Part shown: positions 13,375-26,015 of the stretch, in pieces
Layout of the letters: each line of letters opens with the position of its first letter
Numbering within the stretch: position 1 is the first letter of the stretch
Assembly (NCBI RefSeq): GCF_030144855.1
Contig: NC_082731.1
Span: 29,512,001 to 29,576,000, forward strand
DNA from: Hypanus sabinus
Taxonomy: Eukaryota
Reading direction: 5' to 3'
DNA: 64,000 bases
Position numbers and translations under genes: made by a program
The notes under the pieces: generated by a model
What the model was told of the DNA's origin: nothing
Seen by the model: only the letters and a program-made list of their open reading frames with translations
Databases searched by the model: none

Positions 13375-13567
13375 TGGACACACCCCCTGTTGACTGCTCC
13401 TGTGGCTCCTCCCACAGACCCTTGTATAAAGGCGATCGAGGCCTGAGCCCGGCCTCTCAGTCTCCAGGATGTAGTATGGTGGTCACTCACTGCTTGTTCC
13501 TTCTTCCAGTCAATAAAAGCCGATATCTCGCCTTCACGTCTCGGAGTGAGTTATTGATGGTGCATCA
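13375..13567 (+). repeat. 5' LTR (first 24 bp missing)
   Basis: Matches 17049-17241. TATAAA at 13425-13430, AATAAA at 13512-13517, ends in CA. Confidence 0.95.
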
Positions 13568-13593
13568 ATTTTGTTGACTGGAAGTTTTAAAAC

Positions 13594-14355
13594 ATGGAAA
13601 CCGTTTTACGTCCGGAAAGATTGGATTTGGACCCCCAAGACCCTGAAGCAGCTCTTGCCTTTGAACTCTGGCTTGCATGTTTCCAATCGTACTTGGAGGA
13701 GGTTCGTGCAACTGAACCCGCCGTTATGCACAGAATTCTCCTCTTGAGGGTCACCCCAAAAGTTTATTCATTTATCAGGGACCTGTCGACCTACGAAGGG
13801 GCACTGGATGCCCTCAAAAGACAGCACCTGCGGCCGGTGAACACCGTCTACACAAGACATCACTTAGCTACGCGACGACAGCGGCCTGGAGAGTCAAGCG
13901 CCGAGTTTCTCCGAGCCCTACAGCCACTCGTCCGAACTTGTGACTGCAAAACGCTCACGGCGGAACAGCATGCGGAGCTGTTAGTACGAGACGCCTTTGT
14001 GACAGGACTGAGGTCAGTGTACGTGCGTCAGAGGTTGCTGGAAAATGCAGATCTTACCTTACGCTCGGCAATCGAGATGGCCGATGCACTGGAGGCAGCT
14101 CAGCACAATGCTGATGCTGTCCAGTTGCGCAATTCCCCACCGGTTCCTGCGAGCGAATTCGCCAACGCCACTGCCAGTCGCGATTCCACGATCTCCCCGA
14201 ACCCGACCACGGCGGCGGCCAGGCGGAAGCCTGAGCTGTGTTATTTCTGCAGACTCGAAATGCACCTCCAAAAACGCTGCCCAGCTCGAGAAGTGACCTG
14301 CTCCAGCTGCGGGAAGAAGGGCCATTTCGCCAAGGTCTGTAAGTCTAATCTATGA
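13594..14355 (+). CDS. gag: Gypsy Gag (to the first premature stop of a gag-pol frame)
   Basis: 253-aa ORF with RRQRPGES, RDAFVTGL and two zinc knuckles (CYFC..H..RC, CSSCGKKGHFAKVC). The same frame continues through stops to protease LFDTGS. Confidence 0.85.
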   Translation: METVLRPERLDLDPQDPEAALAFELWLACFQSYLEEVRATEPAVMHRILLLRVTPKVYSFIRDLSTYEGALDALKRQHLRPVNTVYTRHHLATRRQRPGESSAEFLRALQPLVRTCDCKTLTAEQHAELLVRDAFVTGLRSVYVRQRLLENADLTLRSAIEMADALEAAQHNADAVQLRNSPPVPASEFANATASRDSTISPNPTTAAARRKPELCYFCRLEMHLQKRCPAREVTCSSCGKKGHFAKVCKSNL

Positions 14356-16975
14356 GCGGGGTCAGGCTGCGCTGCAGGTGAGACATGAGGGCTGCCATCA
14401 TGCATGCCCAGATGTGGGCAGCCATCTTTGTCAGTATCAGCATGCCCTGCCCCCGACCCGCTGGTGTTTATTGGGCACCAAGATGGTTCAACTCTGGCCA
14501 CCGTAACCCTCGACCAAAGCGCCCCACACCAGCTTGCAAGGACAATGATGGACATCCTGGTGGAGGGGCACAGGACTAGCTGACTGTTTGACACAGGCAG
14601 CACTGAGAGTTTTATTGACCCGGACACAGTGCAACGCTGTGGACTAGTGACACGGCCGGTAAGTCAGAGGATCACTTTGGCTTCTGGGTCACATTCCACT
14701 GACATCCGGGTGGGTTGTGTAGCGACATTGGTGGTGCAGGGCACAGAATATTGGAACTTTGCGCTACTGGTCATGCCTAATCTGTGCTCACCTGTGCTAT
14801 TGGGGCTGGACTTCCAAAGCCATCTCGAAAGTGTGACTATGGCATATGACGGGCCCCTCCCACCACTCACTGTCAGGAATCCTCAGTTTGGTGGGACTTC
14901 ACCATATACCCCGCTACTGACCACACACACACACACACCGAACCACACATCCCACCCAGCACCATGCCGACAGCTGCGCTACCGACATCACTTGCAGTCT
15001 CTCCACCCTCATGATCCCTCCCCCATCGCTGTTCGCCAACCTGACCCCCGACTGTAAACCTGTGGCAACTAAAAGCAGGAGGTACTTTTCCCCTCTCTGC
15101 TGAGGCCTGCGTGGCCTTCAGCTGCATTAAAGGGGACATTGCCAAAGCAACGATGCATGCGGTGAATGAGACCATTCCCTTCCAATTAGAGAGTGACGCC
15201 TCTGATTTCGCACTGGCAGCTACCTTCAATCAGGAAGGCAGGCCAGTAGCATTCTTTTCTCATATCCTTCAAGGCTCTGAAATTTGACACTCCGCGGTGG
15301 AGAAAGAAGCCCAGGCCATAGTGGAGGCTGTTAGGCACTGGAGGCACTATCTCGCCGGCAAAAGATTCACCTTGCTGACCGACCAGCTCTCGGTTGCATT
15401 CATGTTCAGCAACCAACAGCGGGGCAAAATCAAAAATAGAACTCTCCACCTACAACTATGATATCCTGTACCGGCCTGGCAGACTCAATGAGCCCCCTGA
15501 TGCCCTATCCCGGGGAACGTGTGCTAGCGCACAGCTCGACCAGCTATACGCCCTTCATGCACAACTTTGCCATCCGGGGTCACCCGATTTTACCATTTCG
15601 TGAAAGCCCGGAACCTGCCGTACTCCCTGGAGGACATCAGGACGATGACCAGGGACTGCCAAATCTGCGCTGAGTGCAAACCGCACTTCTGCCGTCCTGA
15701 AATGGCAACACTTGTCAAGGCCACCCGCCCTTTTGAGCGACTGAGTGTTGACTTGAAGGGCCCCCTTCCCTCCACCGACCGCTATGTCATTTTCTCAATA
15801 TTATCGACGAGTACTCGCAGTTCCCCTTTGCCATTCCCTGCCCCCACACCACTACCACGTCTGTCATAAAAGCCCTGCGCCAGCATTTCACTCTGTTCAG
15901 ATATCCCTGCTATATCCACAGTGATAGAGGGTCCACTTTTATGAGTGACGAGCTGCACCGGTACCTGCTAGCTAGGGGCATTGCTACTAGTCGGACCACG
16001 AGTTATAATCCCCGGGGAAATGGACAGGTGGAGAGGGAGAATGCCACAGTGTGGAAGGCCACACATTTAGCCCTTAAGTCAAAAAGGTTGCCGGTCTCTC
16101 GATGGCAGGAGATCCTCCCTGAGGCACTCCACTCTATCCGCTCTCTGTTATGTACGTCCACCAATGCCACCCCTCCTGAGCGTCTATTTTCTTTTCCCAG
16201 GAAGTCTGTCACTGGGACCACCCTACCAGTTTGGCTGACGTCCCCAGGGCCAGTGCTGCTCTGGAAACATGTGAGGAGTAATAAATACTCCCCGCTGGTC
16301 GAGAGGGTTCACCTTCTACATGCGAACCCCCAGTATGCCTACGTGGTCTTACCTGAAGGGCGGGAGGACACGGTCTCCATCCACGACCTGGCACCCGCAG
16401 GAGCAGCAGACCACTACCCGGAACACTCCCTGGTAACTATGAACCCTGTACCCGAGGTGACACCGGGCACACCAGGCCCTACACAGACTCCTCACGACAC
16501 TCCTATACCGGGCGCCTCGCACATGCGTGAGGGATCACTGATGCCTACTGGGCTGACACCTCCAGTTAGGCCGGAACCAGCATAACCTCCGTCTCCGGTG
16601 CAAGCACCACCGGCTCCTGTGCAATCACCACCACTGGCACCTGTGCAATCACCACCACCGGCACCTGTGCAGTCACCACCACCGGCTCCTGTGCAATCAC
16701 CACCACCAGCATCTGTGCAATCACCACCACAGGCACCTGTGCAATCACCACCACCGGCACCTGTGCAGTCACCACCACCGGCACCTGTGCAATCACCACC
16801 ACCGGCATCTGTGCAATCACCACCACCGGCATCTGTGCAGTCACCACCACCGGCACCTGTGCAATCACCACCACCAGCATCTGTGCAATCACCACCACTG
16901 GCACCTGTGCAATCACAGCCCATGCTACGTAGATCGCAGCGACAGATTCAACCACCTGATAGACTTAACCTGTAA
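14356..16975 (+). pseudogene. pol: Gypsy pol remnant: protease, RNase H, integrase; no RT
   Basis: DTG at 14590-14598; PFQLESDASDFALAA and AVEKEAQAIVEAVRHW (RNase H); HAQLCHPG..CQICAEC (HHCC); VDLKGPLP, HSDRG, RGNGQVEREN (DDE core); RRSQRQIQPPDRL C-terminal motif. Confidence 0.9.
16613..16924 (+). repeat. 24-bp coding tandem repeat, 13 x A(P/S)VQSPPP
   Basis: Unit gcacctgtgcaatcaccaccaccg. I counted 13 units in ORF 16598-16975. Confidence 0.95.
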
Positions 16976-17024
16976 GAAACTTCGCCACATGGGGACTCTT
17001 TTCAAACAAAGGGGGGGAGGTGAA

Positions 17025-17241
17025 TGTGGTGAACTATATATACCTGTCTGGACACACCCCCTGTTGACTGCTCCTGTGGCTCCTCCCACAGACCCCTGTA
17101 TAAAGGCGATCGAGGCCTGAGCCCGGCCTCTCAGTCTCCAGGATGTAGTATGGTGGTCACTCACTGCTTGTTCCTTCTTCCAGTCAATAAAAGCCGATAT
17201 CTCGCTTTTACGTCTCAGAGTGAGTTATTGATGGTGCATCA
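17025..17241 (+). repeat. 3' LTR (217 bp, TG...CA)
   Basis: Begins tgtggt directly after the G-rich PPT and ends gcatca. Confidence 0.95.
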
Positions 17242-17873
17242 GTGTGTTGCTTATTGATTTGTCAGGATTACAAGCAGGTTTTGTGCCTCCATTTCCTGAG
17301 AACTTTGGAGTTCTTGGACTTCTTCCTCAGGACACTCTCCATCAGGTCAAGTGAGGGGATTCTGTGCAACTTGCTAGGGTACCGCTGACTTTCACTGTGA
17401 ACCTCGACTGATCCTTCAATGTGTGTACATTAACCCCTCACCAGTGGGTGACTTTGTACACAGTGTCTCTGTGGTCATTAGGCTGAAGGTAACAGTTCAC
17501 TGTTGAATGTTTTTCCAGTTGATTTGAAATTGCTGTGAATAATTAATTTTTTTGTATTACTGTTGTTCTGACTTTGCAACAGTAATAGAGAGGGTGGCAA
17601 AGTGATCCAGGGAAACAGACTAAAACCCCGGCATAACTGAGAATAATTTGCTTCAGTACATTAAAGGAACCTGGAATTCACACACCATGAATTGAGGGAA
17701 AAGATGATGTGAAACCACTGAATTGTTATAATCTACCACCCTTTCATTCAGGGAGGGGAAAGTGTGAGTCCTTCTTGCTCTGGTCTTGCAAGAGTCTTCA
17801 GAAAAGAAACTATGTTTGGCAGTCAGTGTCCTGAGATTGACAAAGATGCTGCAAAAGTACGAGTTCTCTTTTT

Positions 17874-20800
17874 TTTGTAATTTATTATTTTATTGAAGTT
17901 CACCATCAAACAAACATTCCCATAAGATGTATTTCAGACATTGTACATATATATCATATAATCATATATATCACAAATCTCCACAAAGTATATATCTGAG
18001 GGATACACTTATAGAAAAGAGTGGAGAGAAAAAACAAGCAAAAGGAAAGAACTATGTACAAGTAGGGAGTGATCTATTATTTACAACAGATTCATTGATT
18101 TGTGAGAATAAAATCAGGCCTATGAGGCATTATGTAGTTAAACCATTTTTCCCAGTATGAATCAAATTGTTCCAGCTTATGATTAACAGATGCTGTTATC
18201 TTCTCCATTTTGTAAATGTCCATTGAAATTTCCATTCATGTATTTAAAGTTGGGCTCTCCTGTGATAACTATTTCCTAGTGTTACGAAGCATGAACAACT
18301 CTGATGGGCAGAAGGGTGCAGAGTCGCCCATGCCCCTCCTCCTTTTGGAGAATCGCCAATCGCTACTATTTCGATGCTGTTATCAAGGAAGTGAGAGAGA
18401 CAAAGGAAATCTGCCAGGACAGTTGTTATTGATAACAGCTCATGACGGTTAATGAGAGAGAGAGAGAGAGAGAAAGCTAAGAGTTACCCAGGGTGAAGGG
18501 ATCCTACTAACAAAAGCGGAACGGAACCATTGATTACTGCTATTGTCTTTTGGAGAGGGATTGTTTACTTGGTACTGTTCTATTCATTGAAACCCCTCAG
18601 GGGGCAGCCAGAGTGGGCTGGTTTGATGGGTTACATTATCTCAACCTGATTGACACCTGAGACCCTGTGAGTGGGGATGAAAGTGAGGTCTGGGGAACAC
18701 CCCTCAGACGCACCAGGAGAAATGCTAGTGAGCATCAGAACCCTCACGAGACAGGGTGGGAGATTGGAGACCGAACGAAGGGTCGGTAAATTTTAACTCG
18801 CAGTGTTTTGTAGCGAGACTGGTGGGGGCTTGTGTGTGTGTCCACCCTTGCCTGGGTGACGAGTCCACCACGGAAGAATGGTATAGCTAAAGGACGGAGG
18901 GGTCATATGTGAACAGCCACAACAACAACAATGTATCGACGGATCAAAATTGTAAAGGAAGGTTGGCAAGATAATAGCTGTTACTGTTCACGCGTTTTCC
19001 TTCTCTCGTCTCTCTCACTCTCTCCAACAATTGCAACACATCGACCGACCAGTACCGCAGCCTGCATGAACTGAACTGAACTTTATATTTACATCTGAAA
19101 ATTCATTATCCCCTAAACAATGATAGAGCTTGTTTCATTAGTAACTATTATTATACCCGCACTTTTAGGTTTAGTATTGCTAACGTATATTCTCTGTATA
19201 GTCGCATTGATATTATTTTGCATATTTTTTGCTGATAAATATTGTTGAAAATAGTATCACCAGACTCCAACGGACAATTCTATCTTTGCTGGTAAGACAC
19301 CCAGTTACGGGGTTCGTAACACTAGTAAGAGTCTTTTTACCAGCCACTAACAGTATATTCATTAAATATTTATCTCTTTTCAACCATTCTTGAGGTATAT
19401 ATCCAAAATATATGGTCTTACTCTCTAAGGTTATTTCACATTATTTCACATAAAGATGTCTTGTAGGGCATTGTGTATCCCCCTCCAATAGTTTTTAATA
19501 ACAGGGCAGTCCCAAAAAATATGATAATGATTTGCATTTTGATTTCCACAATTTCTCCAGCGAACAGGGAGGTTACTATCATAATGGGATTTCTGAGAGG
19601 GTGTAATAAAATATCTTATCAAATTTTTCCATCCAGACTCCCTCCATTTCTGTGAACTAGTACACTTCCATTGATATCTCCATATTGTTGTCCATTCTTC
19701 CTCAGATATAATTATCCCTCCTTCCTTCTCCCATTTTGTTTTAATGGATGAAGTCGAATGTGTTTTAAGATTTGACAACCCCTTATACATGCTTGAAATG
19801 ACTCTACCACCATTATCTGAATTATATGCTTTTCTAAAGAGCTCTATCAAGCATGTGTTTGCTTTGGTTACATTCTTAAGCATCTTATTAACATATTGTC
19901 GCATCCATAAATACCGATAAAATCTTGTTTTTCTAGTAAGTGTTTCTCTTTAAGCATTTCAAAACTGAACCGTGTTCCTTCTTTCATTATGTTGCAAAGA
20001 ACTGTTATTCCTTTAGCCGCCCAGTCCATAGATCTGGCATCCAATTTATCTGGTGTAAAATCTGTCATATGCACACCATTTAAGAATTGCAATATCTCCC
20101 TCTAGATGATATTCTTTTATAGTAGTTTTCCATATTTGAAGAGTCAATTTCACCCATGGATTATCAATAGTATTTATGTACCTTTGCAGGTTGTTATCAG
20201 CCAAATTTGCTTGTATGGGGATGGGAAGTACCCGCTCCTCAATGTTTTTCCATTGAGCATCATATAATGGGTCGCACCAACATATCACAGCTCTCACCTG
20301 TGCTGCAAAATAATAATCTCTAAGAGAAGTAGGCCACATCCCCCCTTTTCCTTTGCTAATTGCAAAGTTTTGGACAAACTCTAGGCCTTTTACCCTGCCA
20401 AATATACCATGATAACATCTTGTTCCATTCGTTGAATTGATTTTGATTAATCTCTATTGATAGAGATATAACAGTCTGGGCAGTATATTCATTTTAATAG
20501 ACTCAATCCTTGAACTGAGACTGATAAAAGGAATCAGGCTCCATCTTGCCACATCGTCCTTATTTTTTTAATTTCAAGGCTGATAATTACATTTTGATAA
20601 TTTTGCCAAATCTTTTGGCATAATGATGCATAAATATTTGAAAGACTCTGTGTACCATGCCCAGGGGTATCTACTTTCAATTTCTCTTGGTGGGCTATAG
20701 TAATATGAAAGTAATTGGGTTTTATCAATGTTGATCTTATATCCTGATAATTGACCATATTGTTCAAAGGATTTCATCAATTTAGGTAAAGAGAATGTTG

Positions 20801-23800
20801 GTTGCCCTGGATAGATCAATATTTCATCCGCGTAACAAGCCAATTTATGCTCGGTCCCTTTAATAGTAATTCCCCTGATATCTTCAGTTTGTCTGATGTA
20901 TTGAGCTAATGGATCCAGATATGATGCAAAGAGTAGCAGTGACCATGCACAACCCTGTCTCATGCCCCTTTCTAGGGTAAGACTATTTGATAAAGATCCA
21001 TTGATTTTAATCCTAGCAGTAGGGTTGTCATATAATTTCTGTATAGTTTTAATAATTGTGTCTTGGAAACCAAATCTATATAAAACTCTGTAAAGAAAAT
21101 TCCAATTAACTGAATCAAATGCCTCTTCAGCAGCCATGCTTAGATTTTATTTTTTTGTATATGATCCATAATGTGAAGTGTCCTTTGTATATTGTCTTGT
21201 GTTTGGCGTTGTCACATAAAACCTGTCTGATCGTTACATATCAGCATGGGTAGAAACTCCTCTAAGCGTTTGGCCATGATGGAGGTAAATAACCTATAAT
21301 CTACATTAAGAACAGATATTGGTCTAAGTGACCCGCATTCCATTTTAGCCTTGCCTTCTTTCAGTATAGCTGAGATTATCGCTTCCTTCCAACTGGGTGG
21401 CACTTGTGCTTTTTTTCGAGCCCAGTTCAATGTGGGGAGTAAAACAGGAATTAACTCATTTTTAAATTCTTTGTACCACTCTGCCGTGTACCCATCTGGT
21501 CCTGGTGACTTGCTTAATTTAAGCCTACTAATTGCAGCTTTTAATTCAACTTCAGTTAGGTCAGCAATCATCGTTCTATTTTGTTCTTCGCTTAAAGTGG
21601 GTAACTCTAGACAATTCAAGAATGTGTCAATTTTGGTTATGCTTCCCCCTGGAACTTTGGAATGTAGAATTTTGTAAAACACTTCAAAAGCTTCTTGAAT
21701 TTCACTTAGCTTATTTTTTATCGTTTTCGTTCTTGGGTCCCTAATTCTATGAATTGTATTTTCTGCTTTTTTTTTCAGTTTCCATGCCAGTACTTTCATA
21801 GATTTTGATCCACTTTCATAATGTCTCTGTTTCAGAAACATTAAGTTTTTCCTGATTTCTTGCATAGCCAAACTATTTATTTCATTCCTAATTCTTTTAA
21901 TTTCCCCTAATGTGTCCTGTGCCCAATTCAATTTGTGTTTTGTTCTCTAGATCCTTCAGTCTATTTTGTAATTCCTCTAATGTTTTATTCCTTATTTTTT
22001 CTTATATTAAGATATCACTATAATTTTCCCTCCACCTTCAGAGTATCCCATAAAATGGGAGGTGAAACCTCTCCATTATCATTAAATTCTAAATAGAGAC
22101 CAATTTCTTTTTTAATTTGTTCCTTAAAGTACGGATCATTGAGTAGACTTGAATTTAGTTTCCAAATAGTATTCTTTGGTTGTAGGTCAAAATCAACAGA
22201 CAAATATATAGGTGCATGGTCATTTACATCTATTGTCCCAATTCCACAGGTGTTTATTTTGTCTTTGTCTTTTCCAAATGTTATGAAATAATCTATTCTT
22301 GTTTTTCAGAATGGGGAGCAGAATAATGAGTGTAATCCCTTCTGTCAGCGAAAAGGTGCATCCGTATATCAATTAAACCAACATCCTCAAAAAGGGTATT
22401 AACTTTCTTATGTAAAGATTTTGTTTCATAGGTTTTTCTATTGGAAGAGTCTGTTTGGTTGTAATTGTAAATTTAAGTCTCCCCCACATATCAGTAGACC
22501 TTCTGTTTCCGTTACCATAACATCAGTAATTTTCTGAAAGAAACCAATATCACTTCCCAAGGGTACGTATATATTCAATAGAGTAACTGAATTTCCATCT
22601 ATATTCCCCCTTACTAGAATATATCTGCATCTTTATCTCCCATTTCAAATACTTTTTCAAAATTTAGCTTACTTGAGATAAGAATAGCAACTCCTATGAT
22701 TTATATGAGGAGAAAAACAGATTAGTGAAGCCCACTCTCTTTAGTTTTTTTATGCTCTTTATCACTTAAATGAGTTTCCTGTAAATATACTACATGGGCT
22801 TGTTCTTTTTTTCATTTTGGATAAAATTCTCTTACGTTTGATTGGATTTAATAGCCCAGTGACATTAAAAGAAATGAATTGTCCTTAGCCATCTGTATTT
22901 ATCTGTCAATGTATCATTGAAATTAGAATCAAACTTAATCAATCTACTCCCTGAACAAATAAGAACCAAGAAATGCAAATAATAACAAAAATGGCAACGA
23001 ACGTGTGATTCCAATGCTGAGGCCTCTAGTAGGTGACCCTGCATTGAGCTAGAGGAAATGTCTAGCTGTGGGGGATAACCCCTCTTATTTGTGAGTTGAG
23101 GGCCCCCATCGTGGTATTCATAAAAGTCAGTGAACAAATCCATTACACAGAAAAGATTTCACATATATATATTCTCATTTTGGTGGGGAAAAAGGTGAGC
23201 AAATAAAGAATAACAACTAAGTAATATAAAATCCACATTATGATAAGTATTTCTCGAGATAGGTATAACACTGTATAGTTTTGCTTCCGTTTAGCTTCTC
23301 AACATTTTTAAAGTTAGCCAAACCTTATGGCTCTTCTGAAGGGGGTGAGGACTGTCTTTGGGAAACTCCCGGTTTCTTCCTGATATATTTCTCTCGGCCT
23401 CCTCCCATCTCCTGCCTTCTCGATTCTCACACTATTTCCCAAGCGGAGAAGGACAATTCCTCAGCCAGGTTTTCCCTCATTTTGGTGACGCTGACGGGCA
23501 ACCCTCTGGGCTTCATGTCTGTAGTTGCCTCTTCCACTGTCTGGTACAACTGCATCCTGTTGTCATAAAACACTCGAAGTTTTGCAGGGTACGGAGTTTG
23601 AAATCTAATCTTGTTTTGCTTTAGTACTCGCTTTACTTCAGAGTATTCTTTGCATTTCTGCAGGACCGCGAGGCGGGGGGTGATCTTGGTTGAAATGTAT
23701 TAATTTATCGTAGAAAAACACTCTCTCTTACCCCAGGCCCTTCGTAGAGTCTCCGCCTTGGTGCTGTACCGAAGGAATTTAATTGTTATTGAGCATGGCG

Positions 23801-24466
23801 TTCTATCCTGGGTAGGTTTTGGGACTAACGTGCGCTGGGCTTTATCGACTTCCAGCTCCATAGCCAGGGGAAGATTCAGCACGTCCCGCAGTAACTTTCC
23901 AACAAACTCTGTCATAGGCGAGCCTTCCGCTCCTTCGAGAACGTTATAGATTCTGATATTTTTCCACCATGATCTTCCCTTCAGGTGAAGCAGTTTACCT
24001 TCTTGGTGATGTCATATTTTTATTGTCTTACTCAGTATCCGTTCCACGTTTTGAACGCGATCTTCCACCTTCTCAATTCGAATCTCTGCCACTGCTATTT
24101 TTTGATTGACGCTGGCGAGCTCTGACTTAATATCACGGAGCTACTGCTCTATTTCTTTCCAGAACTCTCTTGTCTCTTTCAGGATTTCGAACATATTCAC
24201 CGCTTTGTCTGAACGAGGCCCAGCATCTGCCTGGCTAGCACGCAGTCGGGTAGGAGAGCCGCTCGCTGCACTCCTCTCGGACGCAGGCTCCGCAGTGTCA
24301 CTTTTTTTATTTCCATTCCTTTCCTCCATTCTTGCCCCTCTTTTCAGTTCAAATATTTTTCAAAAAATATTATATTTGATGGGTTAACGGGGCTTAATAC
24401 GCATTTTTCCGGAGGAGCTAGTGACTTAAGCTGCCATTCTCGACGATGATGTCACCGGAACCCACA
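17874..24466 (-). mobile_element. Full-length decayed L1-clade LINE with 12-bp target-site duplication
   Basis: TSD AGTTCTCTTTTT at 17862-17873 and 24467-24478. ORF1 about 24329-23500 (KNIRIYNVLEGAEG, ITIKFLRY). ORF2 22892-18092 (APE domain, KSPGPDGYTAEWYK, RQGCAWS, YADE in place of YADD, C-terminal CWRNC..HIFWDC). A-rich tail. Confidence 0.93.
18280..19321. mobile_element. Solo LTR (1042 bp) inserted in L1 ORF2
   Basis: Termini TGTTACGAA...TTCGTAACA (9-bp inverted repeat). 4-bp TSD CTAG at 18276-18279 and 19322-19325. The L1 sequence rejoins across it. Confidence 0.9.
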
Positions 24467-25133
24467 AGTTCTCTTTTTACTGCAACTGTTCTTCTCAACT
24501 CGGATCCCTTGCCTATTCTTGCATCTCCTGCACCCTCCACTACAGCCACAGATTCAACCACTTTGGCTGTCGGCACTGGCGTCTTCTACCATAATTGTTC
24601 CACCTCTGAAACGCTGTCCCATGAAATACACATCCTGCAATCAGCTGATAAAACACAGAGAAATTGTGAGAGATAGGTGACTTGAATTTGCCGTCCTGCT
24701 ATTGACAACTGTTTCATGTCACTTCATTTAGTCAGCAATGTTAGATACAAATTGGCATGTTAATGCAAAGATTTTAGAGGTAGCTGATAGAGGAAGATAA
24801 ATGTGAATCTGGTGCATAGAGTGAGAGAGGAGGGAGATGCAATAAATGTATATGAAGAATTACGAAATAAAAGAGAGGTGCCTAGCCAGAAGGTTTGTCA
24901 GATCCTTGTTCTTCCCACTGTGGCCTGATCAGCTGACTGTCAGTCATTGGTAAGGCAGTGGAAGCTGTCGCCTGTGGTGCTCTAAATTAGGACTTACTCA
25001 TTAATAACCTGTTTACTGTATTCAGCTTCAGTTTTCTCCAGACCACTCTGCTCCTATTCTCATGAGAGTTTTGTTCCAAGCATGGACAGGAAAAACGCAG
25101 AATTGTATAGAGACGAGCCCTAAGAAAACAGCT

Positions 25134-26015
25134 AAGAAAATCTCTATGTGCTCGCCACTGTCTTTTACAGTTCAAGGTGGTACTCAGAGCTCATATGTCT
25201 AAAACTAAATTGTCACGGTTCTATCCTGATATTAGTCCCTGTTGTGATCAGTGTAAAGGGGACGAGGCCTCTCTTATTCATATGTATTGGGCTTGTCCTA
25301 GCTTAGAGACATTCTGAAGAGATTTTTTTTTTAAATTTTATCTCATATACTTAATTGCTATTTGGAACCTAAACCTCTGATTGCTCTTTTTGGTACTTCA
25401 GGAGAAGTTGACATGCATTTAACTCCGACTAAGTGTCATACATTGTCTTTTGCCTCTCTTTTGGCCAGACGTACAGTCCTTCTTAGGTGGAGAGATGCTG
25501 CCCCACCCACTCATGCTTAATGGCTTAGAGATATTATGTACTGCTTAGACCGTGAAAAGATTCATTATTCACTTCATAATTCGGACATAAGGTTCCAAAA
25601 GGTGTGGGGTCATTTCTTGAATATTTTCATAATTCACTCTTAGACTAAGGGTGCATCCCTCCCTTTTTTTTCTTTTTCATTTAAATTCTTTACTTCCAGC
25701 TTCCAGATTAAGAGTTATGGGTTTTTTGATGTGTAAAAACATTATAGATTAGGTAGTAGGCATTATACCTTTTTATAAATACAGCTCTGTGGTGATATAG
25801 TTCTGATTAAATTTGTTACATATTGTAAGGTTGGCTTGGAGTTGCATAGTGGGAGGGTGGGGTGGTAACTAACTTTATACAATTCTACTATGGGTGCTTT
25901 TCTTAATTGTTATGAACTGTAATTTGGATATGTTTGCTTTGCACTGTATAAACCTCTTTTTTATTGTTTCATTTGTTTTGTCGCATTGTAAAAACTCAAA
26001 AAATTAATTAAAAAA
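25134..26015 (+). mobile_element. 5'-truncated L1 of a second family
   Basis: LCARHCLLQFKVVLRAH...CDQCKGDEASLIHMYWAC zinc knuckle and an A-tail. Candidate TSD aagaaaa(c/t)agct at 25122-25133 and 26016-26027. Confidence 0.8.

Larger units (their letters stand above)
13375..17241 (+). mobile_element. Ty3/gypsy LTR retrotransposon, non-autonomous (RT domain deleted)
   Basis: Two LTRs with 4 mismatches over 193 aligned bp. Order gag-protease-(no RT)-RNase H-integrase; PPT at about 17005-17024. Confidence 0.95.

Noticed and set aside
16492-16955. Antisense GGGDCT- and VVIAQ-repeat ORFs
   Set aside because: These are reverse frames of the 24-bp integrase repeat, open only because the unit has no stop codon.
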